Shown here: piece after piece, positions 33,898 to 44,379 of the stretch | Position numbering within the stretch: the stretch's first letter is position 1 | Layout: the number at the start of each line of letters is the position of its first letter | Assembly: GCA_030829545.1 (NCBI GenBank) | Contig: JAURAI010000004.1 | Location: forward strand, 63,433 to 127,432 | Direction of reading: 5' to 3' | Length of the DNA: 64,000 nucleotides | From: Poseidonia sp. | GTDB lineage: Archaea > Thermoplasmatota > Poseidoniia > Poseidoniales > Poseidoniaceae | Translations under genes and position numbers: made by a program | The notes under the pieces: model-generated | Databases searched by the model: none | What the model was told of the DNA's origin: nothing | Seen by the model: only the letters and a program-made list of their open reading frames with translations

Positions 33898-35643
33898 ATG
33901 GCAGGACCGTCCCAAGTGGAATTTCCCGGTAAAAAGAAACAGCGCGTGAAAATGCGAGGTACCAAACAAGCCAACGAAGCCACATCCAAGAAGTTGGCAA
34001 AACAACTCAAGCAATTTCAAGAAAATCCCCGCGGGCACCTACCGGCCATGTCCTTCGAGGGAAAAATGCGTTGGGGCAGGACCGACCCAGTTACCAAAAC
34101 CCTGCGCGACCTTGACCGAATTATCAAGAAAAAAGACGATGTGAAGTGGCTCTCCAAGCGAATGATGGCCAAGCGAGGAGACCCCGTTGCGAAGGCCTTT
34201 GCTGGATCATTGCACGCAACTCACGACGAGCAATTCACCCTGGTCGGGCAGTTCAAATCAACGTCCTTTGGTTCGGCGTCCTACATCCGAAGAGGTGACG
34301 GAAAGCCAGGATACCTCGCTGGTATTCAAAATTACAGCCATCTGACATTACGCATGCTGCCTTGGGAAGAGCACGCAAAGCGTGGCATGTACTTCTTCAG
34401 CTGGGACGGTGGTTTTGTGTGCACTGGCCCGAAACCAACCCCCCCGGAAGCATGGCTGGGTGACGTTCTCTCTCGCTCCCGATTTGCCCTTGAGAAATCC
34501 CGTGTCGACGACAACCTCATTTGGGCTACAGATGATGTCGACCAGACGCTCGCAATGCAGGGCCACCCCACCAAAGCAGGTTATGTGAAAATCAAATTTC
34601 ATCACGGGCCTGCCGTGTATCTCGGCCTCGATGCCATCGCTTCGTTCACAAAAAAGGACGCTCCGTTCATCCACCACCTCGCCCTCTCAATGCTTCCCCC
34701 ACTCTTGCCCTCCATCCTCACCGTTGAGGCCTATTGGGCTCCAGATGGATGGCCAACAGAGACGCCGCTGCCCGAAGCCTGTGTCGAAGGCATTGGCAGA
34801 ATTGTTGATGCTTGGCAGGGCTTGACGATGAACGAGGGAGTCGTTGCTTCAGCGATCAAACAAACCGTCCTTGAAGGCATTGATGAAGGATTACTGATCG
34901 GTGAAACATGGCTTGATGGCACTTCGTTTGATGCTATTCACGAGGCGTTGGCTGACGTGCCGGGTTCCAAAGATGAACAGGGGCTGACCGCCGAAATCCT
35001 TCGTCTCGCTCTTTTGGAGCCTACCGAAGAAACCCAGGCGCTTCGTATCGAGCCAAAGGGTGGTACTGAAGCCCGAGAAACCGGGTGCTTGCGAATCATG
35101 GCGGGAGTGACCTGCGGAGATATTCTCAATGCCTTGTGGGCAACCCACGGAGAGACGAGTTTGGCTTATGTTGGACTTGAGGGTGAAGATGCTCACGCCA
35201 TTTGGGAGGACCAACTCAACACTCCAAAGGCCTATGGAAAATTCTTGAAGGGGCTCGATAAGGCAAAAGCGCTTGCTCAACAGAAGTCTCGCTTCCCTGC
35301 AATGGAAGAAGCCGGAATTGCAACGAAGATGATTACCTCCTTCATCATCAAGGGATTGACCACTGGCATGGGAGGTGTCGAACGTCTGGCAACAGCTCGC
35401 CACAACAGCGTGGATGAATCAGCAGCAGCATGGGCCTGGCTCATGGCAGTGGGGCGTTCAAGGGGACAGGAGTGGCACTTTGACAACAATGCCCGGGATC
35501 GTGGTGGTGCTTGGTCCCAAGCAACGACTGCCTTGAATGAAATCGGGCAAGAATTACTCAAGGCAGAGACAGATGATGTCGCTTCACTTCAAGAAAAGTG
35601 GAACGAGGCGTTGAGTACGCTGCGAGCAACCACGGGCGAATGA
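33898..35643 (+). CDS. Hypothetical soluble protein (581 aa) with a basic N-terminus; no recognisable domain
   Basis: Long uninterrupted ORF with ordinary coding composition. Antisense ORFs are short. No catalytic or binding motif was recognised by eye. Confidence 0.65.
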   Translation: MAGPSQVEFPGKKKQRVKMRGTKQANEATSKKLAKQLKQFQENPRGHLPAMSFEGKMRWGRTDPVTKTLRDLDRIIKKKDDVKWLSKRMMAKRGDPVAKAFAGSLHATHDEQFTLVGQFKSTSFGSASYIRRGDGKPGYLAGIQNYSHLTLRMLPWEEHAKRGMYFFSWDGGFVCTGPKPTPPEAWLGDVLSRSRFALEKSRVDDNLIWATDDVDQTLAMQGHPTKAGYVKIKFHHGPAVYLGLDAIASFTKKDAPFIHHLALSMLPPLLPSILTVEAYWAPDGWPTETPLPEACVEGIGRIVDAWQGLTMNEGVVASAIKQTVLEGIDEGLLIGETWLDGTSFDAIHEALADVPGSKDEQGLTAEILRLALLEPTEETQALRIEPKGGTEARETGCLRIMAGVTCGDILNALWATHGETSLAYVGLEGEDAHAIWEDQLNTPKAYGKFLKGLDKAKALAQQKSRFPAMEEAGIATKMITSFIIKGLTTGMGGVERLATARHNSVDESAAAWAWLMAVGRSRGQEWHFDNNARDRGGAWSQATTALNEIGQELLKAETDDVASLQEKWNEALSTLRATTGE

Positions 35644-35645
35644 AG

Positions 35646-36818
35646 TCAAGCCAAGGCTTGGGCGATATCGTGCCACAGGTCTTCAACGTCCTCAATTCCA
35701 ATGCTCAGTCGAACAAAGCCAGGTACAACGCCTGCAGCAACGCGGACGTCGTCTGGAACAAACATGTGGCTGGAATTGAACGGGCACTCAATCAATGATT
35801 CAACGCCGCCGAGGCTGGTCGCTTCGTAGATGATCTTGAGGCCGCGCATGAACTTCAAGGCCGCTTCATCCCCGCCTTTAACGACAAATGCTACCATGCC
35901 CGAACCTTTTGGCAAGGTTCGTTGGGCGACTTCGAAATCAGGGTGGCTCTCAAGGCTTGTATGATACACGCGCTCAATGGCGTCGTGTTGTTCCAACCGA
36001 CTGGCAAGCATTGCTGCATTTTCGCAAATACGTGGCATACGAACGTCAAGGGTACGCATGCCTCGTTCGAGAAGGTAGCAGGCGTGGGGGTCCGGGCTGC
36101 CACCAAAGTGGACCTTGCGCATGAAAATCTGGGCGATAAGGTCCTTGGGTCCAACGACGGCTCCCCCAATGATGTCCGAGTGGCCACCGAGGTATTTGGT
36201 CGTGGAATGAATGACCAGGTCTGCCCCAAGGGTCAGAGGTAGACAGCCCCACGGAGATGCGAAGGTATTGTCAATCAAAAGCAAGAGATTGTGGCGCTTG
36301 GCCACCTCCACCATAGCAAAAATATCACATACTTTTAGCACGGGGTTGGTCAACGTCTCGATGTAGAGCAATTTTGTATTGGGTTGAATGGCCGCTTCAT
36401 AGGATGCGGGGTCGCGCATGTCAGCCATGGTGGTTGAGATTCCAAAGCGCGGGAGTTCTTCGGTGAGAAGGCCGTAGGTGCCGCCGTAGACATCAGCGCT
36501 TGCGACCATGTGGTCGCCTTGGTTGAGAAGTGTGATCAAGGTGGTGGATATTGCGGCCATGCCTGAAGCAAATACCTCAGCATCTTCGCCATGTTCGAGT
36601 GCTATCAATTTTTGAGCAACTGCATCGGAATTGACGGTAGAAAGCCGTCCGTAGAGGAGTGTGTGTTGGGCGCCTGCAGCCCAACCAGCATAACGTTCAT
36701 CGGTCAGCTTGTAGGTTGAGGATTGAAAGATCGGTGTGTTCACAGCATCACCGATGTGCTGTGTGCCGCTGTGAACGGTATGTGTAGCGAAGCGGTGGTT
36801 CTTGTTCCCGTCTGACAT
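35646..36818 (-). CDS. PLP-dependent Cys/Met-metabolism enzyme (cystathionine gamma-synthase / O-acylhomoserine sulfhydrylase / methionine gamma-lyase family)
   Basis: Contains HSTTKYLGGHSDIIGG (PLP lysine), DNTFASP and YGRLSTVN. The start is ambiguous: ATG 36818 or TTG 36857. Confidence 0.85.
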   Translation of the reverse strand: MSDGNKNHRFATHTVHSGTQHIGDAVNTPIFQSSTYKLTDERYAGWAAGAQHTLLYGRLSTVNSDAVAQKLIALEHGEDAEVFASGMAAISTTLITLLNQGDHMVASADVYGGTYGLLTEELPRFGISTTMADMRDPASYEAAIQPNTKLLYIETLTNPVLKVCDIFAMVEVAKRHNLLLLIDNTFASPWGCLPLTLGADLVIHSTTKYLGGHSDIIGGAVVGPKDLIAQIFMRKVHFGGSPDPHACYLLERGMRTLDVRMPRICENAAMLASRLEQHDAIERVYHTSLESHPDFEVAQRTLPKGSGMVAFVVKGGDEAALKFMRGLKIIYEATSLGGVESLIECPFNSSHMFVPDDVRVAAGVVPGFVRLSIGIEDVEDLWHDIAQALA

Positions 36819-36853
36819 GTTACCCAACGCCCCTACCAAATCCAGCCGCTCTT

Positions 36854-37888
36854 TCAATGGTTCTGCTCATTTTCTTGCTCAGTTTTGAACGATTCTTGCG
36901 GCGTGGTCAATTCAACCATGATGTTCCCGGCAAGAAGAATGCCGCCTCCGAGCGGTATCCAGAGCGTCCAAGTGACGAGGTCCAAGCCAAGGCCAAAGAT
37001 GGTTGCCCATACGGGCTCAAAGGCATAGATGATGGCCGCTTGAACGGGATGCATGTGTCGCTGGAAAAGATTCAGGGCGAGAAGGCAGAAGAACGAACCT
37101 CCAACCCCAAGTAAGAACAAAGGCAACAACACGCCCTCGCGGGAAAGGATGTCGCCTGCCATGGCAGGGAGCGATGGCGTCGATAAGAGTGCCAGCAAAA
37201 GACAGCCTACTGTGATGAAAACAAAGGAAGTGGACGTCAATCCAATGGGGTCAAAGCGCTGGGTAAAGTGTTGGGTGAATACGATATGAAGTGCGAAGAA
37301 GAAGGCTGAAAACACGGTGGTGAGTTCTCCCCACCCCCATGAAAGATGAGGGGGTCCTTCGATGAACCCTGCTCCAAATGTTGCCATCAAAACGCCCCAA
37401 TAGAGCGCTCTACGAGGAGGGTGCTCTGCCATTCGGACGGTCAACAACGCCGTCATAACGACGTAGAGTGATGTGAGGAAGGCTGATGTTGATGGGTTGA
37501 TATCGTCCAATGCCACCATTTGGGTGACGAAGCCGACCAGCATCAAGCCCCCCAGTATACTGCCGCCCTTCCACATGACTCTGGTTCGCAAGCCTTGCCT
37601 TGCTTGTGAAAAGAAAAGCAGCACCAGCACCATCGCTATGAAGAAGCGCACAGCGACAAGAAAGGCGACCACGGGAAAGGTCCCGTAATCTGCTATTTCG
37701 GGCTGAAGGGCGTTGAGCGCTTGTTTCATCCAGATGAAGGTAGCACCCCAAACCAGCGTAACACTCAGCAAAACAAGCGCCGCTTTACGGCGTTGTGGAT
37801 GGTGGTCAACACCTCCTTGCTGCACGACTCCATCCATGGTACGACCAATGGCCGAGGGGTCATGAGTGTGGCGGTAAATCATCGTCAC
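36854..37888 (-). CDS. EamA/DMT-superfamily transporter
   Basis: About ten hydrophobic helices in two halves. WGATFIWMK is an EamA-type motif. Confidence 0.7.
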   Translation of the reverse strand: MTMIYRHTHDPSAIGRTMDGVVQQGGVDHHPQRRKAALVLLSVTLVWGATFIWMKQALNALQPEIADYGTFPVVAFLVAVRFFIAMVLVLLFFSQARQGLRTRVMWKGGSILGGLMLVGFVTQMVALDDINPSTSAFLTSLYVVMTALLTVRMAEHPPRRALYWGVLMATFGAGFIEGPPHLSWGWGELTTVFSAFFFALHIVFTQHFTQRFDPIGLTSTSFVFITVGCLLLALLSTPSLPAMAGDILSREGVLLPLFLLGVGGSFFCLLALNLFQRHMHPVQAAIIYAFEPVWATIFGLGLDLVTWTLWIPLGGGILLAGNIMVELTTPQESFKTEQENEQNH

Positions 37889-37929
37889 GAAAGCATATCC
37901 TCAAAGGGTGCCCCCTCTCAATTCCTGTC

Positions 37930-39309
37930 ATGGGCGCACCGAGAACAGGAGACGATGTTTCTTGGAAGCAACCCATTGACTCTGGAGAAACCCCTGACGC
38001 AGGTGGCACCTACGATGCCATTGTCGTTGGTGGCGGGCCCGGTGGGTCGTCTGCTGCTGGATACCTTGCCATGGAAGGAAAGCGAGTTCTGCTGATCGAG
38101 AAAGAAACGTGGCCGCGCGACAAAATCTGTGGTGATGCGGTTGGTGGAAAATCTCTGAGCCACGTCAAGCGATTGGGCGTAAAAGAACATCTCGAATCGA
38201 CCCCTCACTTCCGTGTGACTGGGATTCTGTTTTCTTCCCCAAAAGGCCACAGCGTTCGGGTCGCACTTCCTGAAGAAGATGTAGCGCGCCTTGAAGCGGG
38301 TTATTCCCTTCCTCGTCAGCAATTTGACCACATTCTCTTCAACCAAGTTCAGACCTTGGTGAGGGATGCTGGGGGCGCCATCATTCAAGGTGGTGACGTT
38401 CGCGATGTCCTCTACGACGACGGGCATGGCGGGGCTGACCCCGGTGAAGGGTCTCAATCAGCACGGCACGCCAAAGGCATCGTTGTTCGCATCGGTGGGC
38501 GAAAAGGCGAGGAGCGCACCTACTACGCTTCCAATATCATTGGGGCTGCTGGATATCGGTGCCCTGTCGCCAAGTCAATGGTTGAAGAGACCTACGGCGA
38601 GGAGATGGTGGACCGGGATCATTATTGCGCCGGATACCGAGAATATTGGCGAGGCGTCAAAGGGTGTGAGGCCAATGTCGGCGACATTGAAATTCACTTT
38701 GTCGACACCGTCATCCCCGGTTATTTTTGGCTCTTCCCAGTATCTGAAGGCGTGGTTAACGTCGGCATTGGCATGGTGATGTCTCTGCTTGACAAGCAGA
38801 AGAAGAAACTCAAATTGCTTCAGCATGAAGTCATTCATGAACATCCACTCTTCAAAGATCGATTTGCTGATGCCAGCATGATCCCCGGGACCGGTAAGGG
38901 GTGGCAGCTCCCCTTTGGTTCTCCTCGCAAAAAGGCATCCAATCAACCGCGCCGCTCATCTGCAAACGGGGTATTCCTTGTGGGCGACGCCGCATCGTTG
39001 GTTGACCCCTTCAGTGGCGAGGGAGTGGGCAACGCACTGGTAAGCGGGGAAATGGCCGCAGACCACATTCTCAACGGTAAGACCCCCGATGCGTATCAGG
39101 ATGCTCTTTGGGCAGCACTCGGCCCCGAGTTGACCAATTCCTTCCGAATGCAAAAGATGAGTCGGCGTGCCTGGTTGCTCAACTGGTTTGTTGGAAAGGC
39201 CTCAAAGAAACCTGCCATTCAGGAGATGATGACTGAGATGATTGCAAGCAAGGAAGCGCAGGAAAATCTCCATTCACCGTGGTTCATGTTCAAGACCTTG
39301 ATGTTCTGA
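37930..39309 (+). CDS. Geranylgeranyl reductase family flavoprotein (candidate digeranylgeranylglycerophospholipid reductase)
   Basis: Contains YDAIVVGGGPGGSSAAGYLA, RDKICGDAVG and VFLVGDAASLVDPFSGEG. The start is set at ATG 37930. Confidence 0.8.
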   Translation: MGAPRTGDDVSWKQPIDSGETPDAGGTYDAIVVGGGPGGSSAAGYLAMEGKRVLLIEKETWPRDKICGDAVGGKSLSHVKRLGVKEHLESTPHFRVTGILFSSPKGHSVRVALPEEDVARLEAGYSLPRQQFDHILFNQVQTLVRDAGGAIIQGGDVRDVLYDDGHGGADPGEGSQSARHAKGIVVRIGGRKGEERTYYASNIIGAAGYRCPVAKSMVEETYGEEMVDRDHYCAGYREYWRGVKGCEANVGDIEIHFVDTVIPGYFWLFPVSEGVVNVGIGMVMSLLDKQKKKLKLLQHEVIHEHPLFKDRFADASMIPGTGKGWQLPFGSPRKKASNQPRRSSANGVFLVGDAASLVDPFSGEGVGNALVSGEMAADHILNGKTPDAYQDALWAALGPELTNSFRMQKMSRRAWLLNWFVGKASKKPAIQEMMTEMIASKEAQENLHSPWFMFKTLMF

Positions 39310-39315
39310 GGGGAT

Positions 39316-40107
39316 ATGATGGATGCAAAACTCACCGATATTGACGCTGTATTCCTTGATTTGGACGGCACCATCTACCTCGGCGGAGAATTGATTGACG
39401 GTGCCAAGGCCTTCCTTGACCGATGTCAGGAGCAGGGAGTTCAGCGTTTTTTCCTCTCGAATAATTCTTCAAAGTCGGTTGAGCAGTACCTCGTGAAGTT
39501 ACAACACCTGGGGCTTCCAGCATCCGAAGACGATGTACTTCTTTCAACCCATGATTTGCTTTCATGGCTGGCTAAAAACGAGATATCTGAGACCTGGTTG
39601 GTAGGCACAGAAGGTATGCGTTCCATGTTGGAAGCGGCGGGCATTTCTACCGTGAGTGAGCGCCCGCAATATGTTGTACTGGGCTACGATACGGAATTAA
39701 CCTACGATAAAATCGCACAGGCAAGCATCCACATGCATGCTGGTGTACCTTTGGTGGCAAGCCACCCCGATATGGTCTGCCCGAGTCCAGACGGAGGATT
39801 GCCTGATGTCGGTGCCTATCTTGCCATGTTTAAAGCCACGACTGGGGTTGACCCGATACACATCACGGGAAAGCCCAACCCGGGCATGATTCTTCACAAA
39901 ATCGAAGCTTTGGGCCTTGAACCTGCTCGTTGTGCAATGGTCGGAGATCGTCTTTACACCGACATGGCCATGGCTTCTCGAGCAGGTGTTGTAGGTGTTC
40001 TCGTCCTCTCTGGTGAAGCAACCCAAGCCGATGTTGATGTGTTGCCTCAGGGAGCGGAGCAACGTCCAACCATCATCGTCAACAGTGTCGATGAATTGCT
40101 GCGGTGA
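39316..40107 (+). CDS. HAD-IIA family phosphatase (NagD/PNPase-like)
   Basis: Contains FLDLDGTIY (DxDGT), FLSNNSSKS, GKPNP and MVGDRLYTD. Confidence 0.8.
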   Translation: MMDAKLTDIDAVFLDLDGTIYLGGELIDGAKAFLDRCQEQGVQRFFLSNNSSKSVEQYLVKLQHLGLPASEDDVLLSTHDLLSWLAKNEISETWLVGTEGMRSMLEAAGISTVSERPQYVVLGYDTELTYDKIAQASIHMHAGVPLVASHPDMVCPSPDGGLPDVGAYLAMFKATTGVDPIHITGKPNPGMILHKIEALGLEPARCAMVGDRLYTDMAMASRAGVVGVLVLSGEATQADVDVLPQGAEQRPTIIVNSVDELLR

Positions 40108-40111
40108 CGTC

Positions 40112-41014
40112 ATGAAGTTGTCTGCACGCTGGTCTTGGTGGCGAGAACGGCGGCGGGTACACCCGCCCGATGATATCCATCGAGCCGGCGAAATGGCAGA
40201 ACAGCGGTTGGCCAGGATTTCCCGTGCTGCAGGGAAGGAGAACGGGTGGCACGTGTTTGAATCGGTCCGTATTCCAGACGAAGAGCAGGGTGGGAAGCGT
40301 GAAATTGACCTTGTCATCGTAGGGGGAAACAGTCTTTTGGTCGTTGAACAAAAGCATTGGTCAGGCACCTTTGTCATCAACGCTGAAGAAGAATTCATCC
40401 AACAGCGGAAAAACGGAAGCAGTCACAACCACAGCACGGTCAATCAACGCATCACGAGGAAATCGCGCATGCTCATCGCCATGCATCGCGAACGTGTTGG
40501 CAACGATGACGATGTTGACGTGCGGGTTATTCTTGCATTCACAAATCGGAATCTGGACTGGCCGCAGAACGTCCATCTGCTCAGCAGCATCATCAAGGAC
40601 GAGCGTGGGTTCATCTCGATGCTTGAGGAGGAGCAACCCGGAGCGTTGAACGAAGCGCTGCTTGAGACGGTCGACGGTTTTGGAACATGGGATGAAGTCG
40701 AATTGAATGGTGGCTTGATGTGCAAGGGCGACGTCCTTGACCTTGGTTTAGGAGAGGCGGTGCAGCAATGGCAGGCAGGTCGAACTCTCCCCTTATTGGC
40801 GGAGGTTAACCACAACAACGGCTTCTTCTCTTTCTTTGCCTCGTCCCCAAGTTCTGTTGAGTTAACCCACGGCACTCAACACCTCCAAGCGACCTTGCCT
40901 CACGGAGCGGTGTTGCGCATGCATGTTGTTGGACGGAAGGCACCCGAAAACATTCCTTGGTCGACGATTTCCTCCATCCATCTCTCCAAGCCTCCGCGCC
41001 ACGAAAAAGAGTGA
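40112..41014 (+). CDS. NERD-domain protein (putative nuclease-related)
   Basis: GKREIDLVIVGGNSLLVVEQKHWSG matches the NERD core. The start is set at ATG 40112. Confidence 0.6.
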   Translation: MKLSARWSWWRERRRVHPPDDIHRAGEMAEQRLARISRAAGKENGWHVFESVRIPDEEQGGKREIDLVIVGGNSLLVVEQKHWSGTFVINAEEEFIQQRKNGSSHNHSTVNQRITRKSRMLIAMHRERVGNDDDVDVRVILAFTNRNLDWPQNVHLLSSIIKDERGFISMLEEEQPGALNEALLETVDGFGTWDEVELNGGLMCKGDVLDLGLGEAVQQWQAGRTLPLLAEVNHNNGFFSFFASSPSSVELTHGTQHLQATLPHGAVLRMHVVGRKAPENIPWSTISSIHLSKPPRHEKE

Positions 41015-41107
41015 TTAGTTTGGCGCTCTCTTGCGTTCAACCCCGTCATTCCATGCAGGCAATCAAACCAACATATGAAAAGTCAATTCCGCTTGGAAGG
41101 AAACTGT

Positions 41108-43855
41108 ATGAACAAGCAAGTTGCAATTTCCGTGCTCATCGTTCTCCTCCTTTCGCTTCCATCCTACGCAACCGCTGAGGGTGAATCCGACCCCGTTGAG
41201 AAATTCGGTGTCGGCTTCAATGAAGTCGTTATTGCCGATGCTTCTGACGCTCTTTCCAGCCCTCGGGACCTGGAATTCCATCCCGGGCGAACCAACGAAC
41301 TCTGGATTGCTAACAAGGGAACAGATAGCATGACCATCGTTGAAAATACGGGCCTTGCCAATCAAACTTCGCAGAATCGCGAAGACTCCAACAGCAACCA
41401 TTTCCTCGAAGAAGTGAGTGCCATCGCCTTTGGCGCCTATGACGATGAATTTGATTGGATGTGGGGTTCAGCCCAAGAATCTGCCAACACCTATTGTGGC
41501 CAAGGGACTCCGAACTATTTCATGGGGCCCGCGCTTTGGCCATCTTCCTTGGCTCACTATGCTGTTGAAAACCAAAACAACGGCAATGGCCTGCTCGGAA
41601 GCCATATTGACATGCTCCACGAATCTCCGTACGGGGTTGGAATTGCTCACGATTATGATAACGTCTACTGGTACAACGACGGATATTATGGAGAACTGGT
41701 CCGTTATGATTTCAAAGAGGACCACGATACGGGACAAGACGACCATTCGGACGGCGTAGTCCACCGATATTCGGAAATCCAATTGTCGCACTTCTCTGGC
41801 AAACCAAGTCACATGATCATGGACAAAGATTCTGGAATTCTTTACATCGCAGATGCTGGTGCCAACCGTATCGTTTGGGTCAACACCGACGACCCCTCCA
41901 CCAACAAAGTGAACATCATGAACGATGCATCACGACTTGAACCTCTGGCAGAGTATTCAGAAATCACCGGGGTGGAATGGGGAGTCCTCGCCACTGGCCT
42001 CAACATCCCTTCAGGCATTGCTCTGGCTGATGGTCAGTTGTTCATCTCTGAAAACGGCAACGGGAAAATCGCCGCTTACGAACTTGCTGCAGATGGAAAA
42101 AGCGCTACCTTCCTCGATAAGATTCAAACGACTGCAACCTCCATCATGGGTCTTGAAATCGGTCCACAAGGACACCTTTACTACGTTGACAATGCCCAAA
42201 ACGAAGTGGTACGAATCGACCCTTACGAGGACGATGATGGCGATGGGGTTGGCAACGAAGTTGACAATTGTCCAACCGTACCAAATGCACTGCAGCTCAA
42301 CCGCGACGGAGATGCATACGGTGACGCATGCGACGATGATGACGATAACGATGGCGTTCTTGACCTCGACGATGATTGTGCCATCGGGCACACCAATTGG
42401 ACTGCTTCAATCTCGACCGACCATGACGGGGACGGTTGCCATGATGCTGCTGAGGACGAAGATGACGATAACGATGGGCTCAACGATCAAGTTGACTTGT
42501 GCGGACTCGGCGCCATCGGATGGCAATCCTCCGCATCTACCGATTATGACGGAGATGGATGCGAGGATGCTGGTGAAGACGTTGACGATGACAACGACCG
42601 CATCTGTGATGCAAGTGACTTGGATGATGTATGGGCGTGCACCGTTTCGTCTGCGGAGATTGATCTCTGTCCAATGAGTCCTCTTTCCTTTACGTCTTAT
42701 GCAGGCAATGACATCGACCGAGACGGTTGTGAAGATGCTGGAGAAGACCTTGACGATGACAATGACGGTACCATGGATGACGTGGATGATTGTCCGCTCG
42801 TCCCCGGAACAAGTTCATTGGGAGACGACTTGGGTTGCACCGACTTTGACAACGATGGTTATAGTGACTCGACAGATGAATTCCCCACCGAGCCTACTCA
42901 GTGGTTCGATGCTGATGAAGACGGTTACGGAGACAACCCCGGCGGTCTTGAGGGTGACTCGTGCACTCAAACTGCTGGGACTTCCACTGCTGACCGCTTC
43001 GGTTGCCTCGATGCCGACGCTGACGGCTGGTCGGACCTCAACGATGCATTTCCAACCCTCAATTCTCAATACGCCGACGCTGACGGAGATGGTTTCGGAG
43101 ACTCCATGACCGGTTTCCAGGCAGACGCATGTCCAGCGGTCGCCGGCAGCTCCACAGAAGACCGCTTCGGTTGCGCTGATGCTGATGCAGACGGTTGGTC
43201 AGACCTCAACGATGCCTTCCCTAATGAAGCGACACAATACGAAGACGCCGATGGCGATGGCTACGGCGAGAATGCGGACGGTGTCATGCCAGATAGTTGC
43301 CCTGGCCTCTACGGGCTTTCTTCGCAGCAGAGTTTTGGATGTCCTGACTCAGACGGAGACGGTTGGGAAAACCGCCTCGATGCCTATGACGATGCCCCCT
43401 TGCTCTGGTCGGACAATGACGGAGACGGCTATGCCGACCAACCTGGAACCAATCTCTCCGACGATTGCCCCGAAGAATTTGGAACGTCTTTTGAAGATCG
43501 GAAAGGATGCTTGGATGGCGACGGAGACGGATGGTCAAACGACGCTGACGTTTATCCCATGGACGCATCGAAACATCTCGAAGAAGAAAATGACGTTGGT
43601 AACATGCTCCTCTATGTCGGCCTTCCCCTCTTGCTCATGTTGGTTGGAGTTCTCCTCTTCTTTGGACGAAAGCGATCCTCCCAGCCAATTGGATTTGATA
43701 CAACTCCCAAGGATGTGCCTGCTACGGCCCCCATGGCCCCAATTCAGCCCCAGGTGCAACCTGCAATGCCTCCGCTGCCTGCAGAAGGTCTGCCGGCCGG
43801 GTGGAGCATGGAACAGTGGGCCTACTATGGTGAAGAATACCTCAAGAACCGATAA
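41108..43855 (+). CDS. Secreted surface protein: signal peptide, NHL/YVTN-like beta-propeller, about 440 aa of thrombospondin-type-3-like Ca-binding repeats, TM anchor, Pro-rich cytoplasmic tail
   Basis: Signal is MNKQVAISVLIVLLLSLPSYATA. Propeller-like ILYIADAGANRIVWV and HLYYVDNAQNEVVRID are present. Many DxDxDGxxDxxD motifs occur, including four units of about 56 aa (GC.DAD.DGWSDLNDAFP...DADGDGYGD...CP). TM is MLLYVGLPLLLMLVGVLLFFGRKR. Confidence 0.8.
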   Translation: MNKQVAISVLIVLLLSLPSYATAEGESDPVEKFGVGFNEVVIADASDALSSPRDLEFHPGRTNELWIANKGTDSMTIVENTGLANQTSQNREDSNSNHFLEEVSAIAFGAYDDEFDWMWGSAQESANTYCGQGTPNYFMGPALWPSSLAHYAVENQNNGNGLLGSHIDMLHESPYGVGIAHDYDNVYWYNDGYYGELVRYDFKEDHDTGQDDHSDGVVHRYSEIQLSHFSGKPSHMIMDKDSGILYIADAGANRIVWVNTDDPSTNKVNIMNDASRLEPLAEYSEITGVEWGVLATGLNIPSGIALADGQLFISENGNGKIAAYELAADGKSATFLDKIQTTATSIMGLEIGPQGHLYYVDNAQNEVVRIDPYEDDDGDGVGNEVDNCPTVPNALQLNRDGDAYGDACDDDDDNDGVLDLDDDCAIGHTNWTASISTDHDGDGCHDAAEDEDDDNDGLNDQVDLCGLGAIGWQSSASTDYDGDGCEDAGEDVDDDNDRICDASDLDDVWACTVSSAEIDLCPMSPLSFTSYAGNDIDRDGCEDAGEDLDDDNDGTMDDVDDCPLVPGTSSLGDDLGCTDFDNDGYSDSTDEFPTEPTQWFDADEDGYGDNPGGLEGDSCTQTAGTSTADRFGCLDADADGWSDLNDAFPTLNSQYADADGDGFGDSMTGFQADACPAVAGSSTEDRFGCADADADGWSDLNDAFPNEATQYEDADGDGYGENADGVMPDSCPGLYGLSSQQSFGCPDSDGDGWENRLDAYDDAPLLWSDNDGDGYADQPGTNLSDDCPEEFGTSFEDRKGCLDGDGDGWSNDADVYPMDASKHLEEENDVGNMLLYVGLPLLLMLVGVLLFFGRKRSSQPIGFDTTPKDVPATAPMAPIQPQVQPAMPPLPAEGLPAGWSMEQWAYYGEEYLKNR

Positions 43856-43980
43856 CTGAAGTTGCTTCTGCTGTCTCAGTTTCATCGTTCCACTCATTCT
43901 TGGCCGCATGTCATCGCAGACGATGGATTCTGCCCATCATGTTCAGTTCAACGATTCCTGAACCTGACCGTCGACGATGT

Positions 43981-44379
43981 TCACGGGCGGTGTTGATGCA
44001 AGACGTTCCTCAGCGATGGTGCAATAATCAGCAGACAGGTCAACACCCAACCATCAGGTTGGTCGGGGTCGCGGGATTGGCGAGGGTCGAGTTCGTCGCC
44101 GCGTTCTGGGCAGGCATGGAAGATGAGTTCGGGCACGTGTTGGCGGCGGAAGTCAACGATGTCTTGGGGTGTGCCTTCAAGCTCCAGCATTTCGTGGTCA
44201 CGAGCGGCTTCCAGTCCACGGGTTTCCAGTTGGTCGCGAATCTTGACCTTCTGGTCGTCTTTGCCTTCGTCGTGGAGGTTGTTTTCGAGTTTGACGATGA
44301 GTTCGACGGTCTTGCCGAGACGGTTCATGATGAGTTTCTGAGCACGGAAGGCTTCCACCTTGGCGAAGGGTGTCGCCAT
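43981..44379 (-). CDS. Hypothetical protein (132 aa)
   Basis: It is the better of two overlapping ORFs; the plus-strand partner has a non-coding-like composition. Helical, charged sequence with no recognised family. Confidence 0.4.
   Translation of the reverse strand: MATPFAKVEAFRAQKLIMNRLGKTVELIVKLENNLHDEGKDDQKVKIRDQLETRGLEAARDHEMLELEGTPQDIVDFRRQHVPELIFHACPERGDELDPRQSRDPDQPDGWVLTCLLIIAPSLRNVLHQHRP

Noticed and set aside
39697-40398. 233-aa minus-strand ORF across the HAD/NERD junction
   Set aside because: It is antisense to two plus-strand genes with clear motifs and spans their intergenic junction. Its composition is S/R/C/T-rich.
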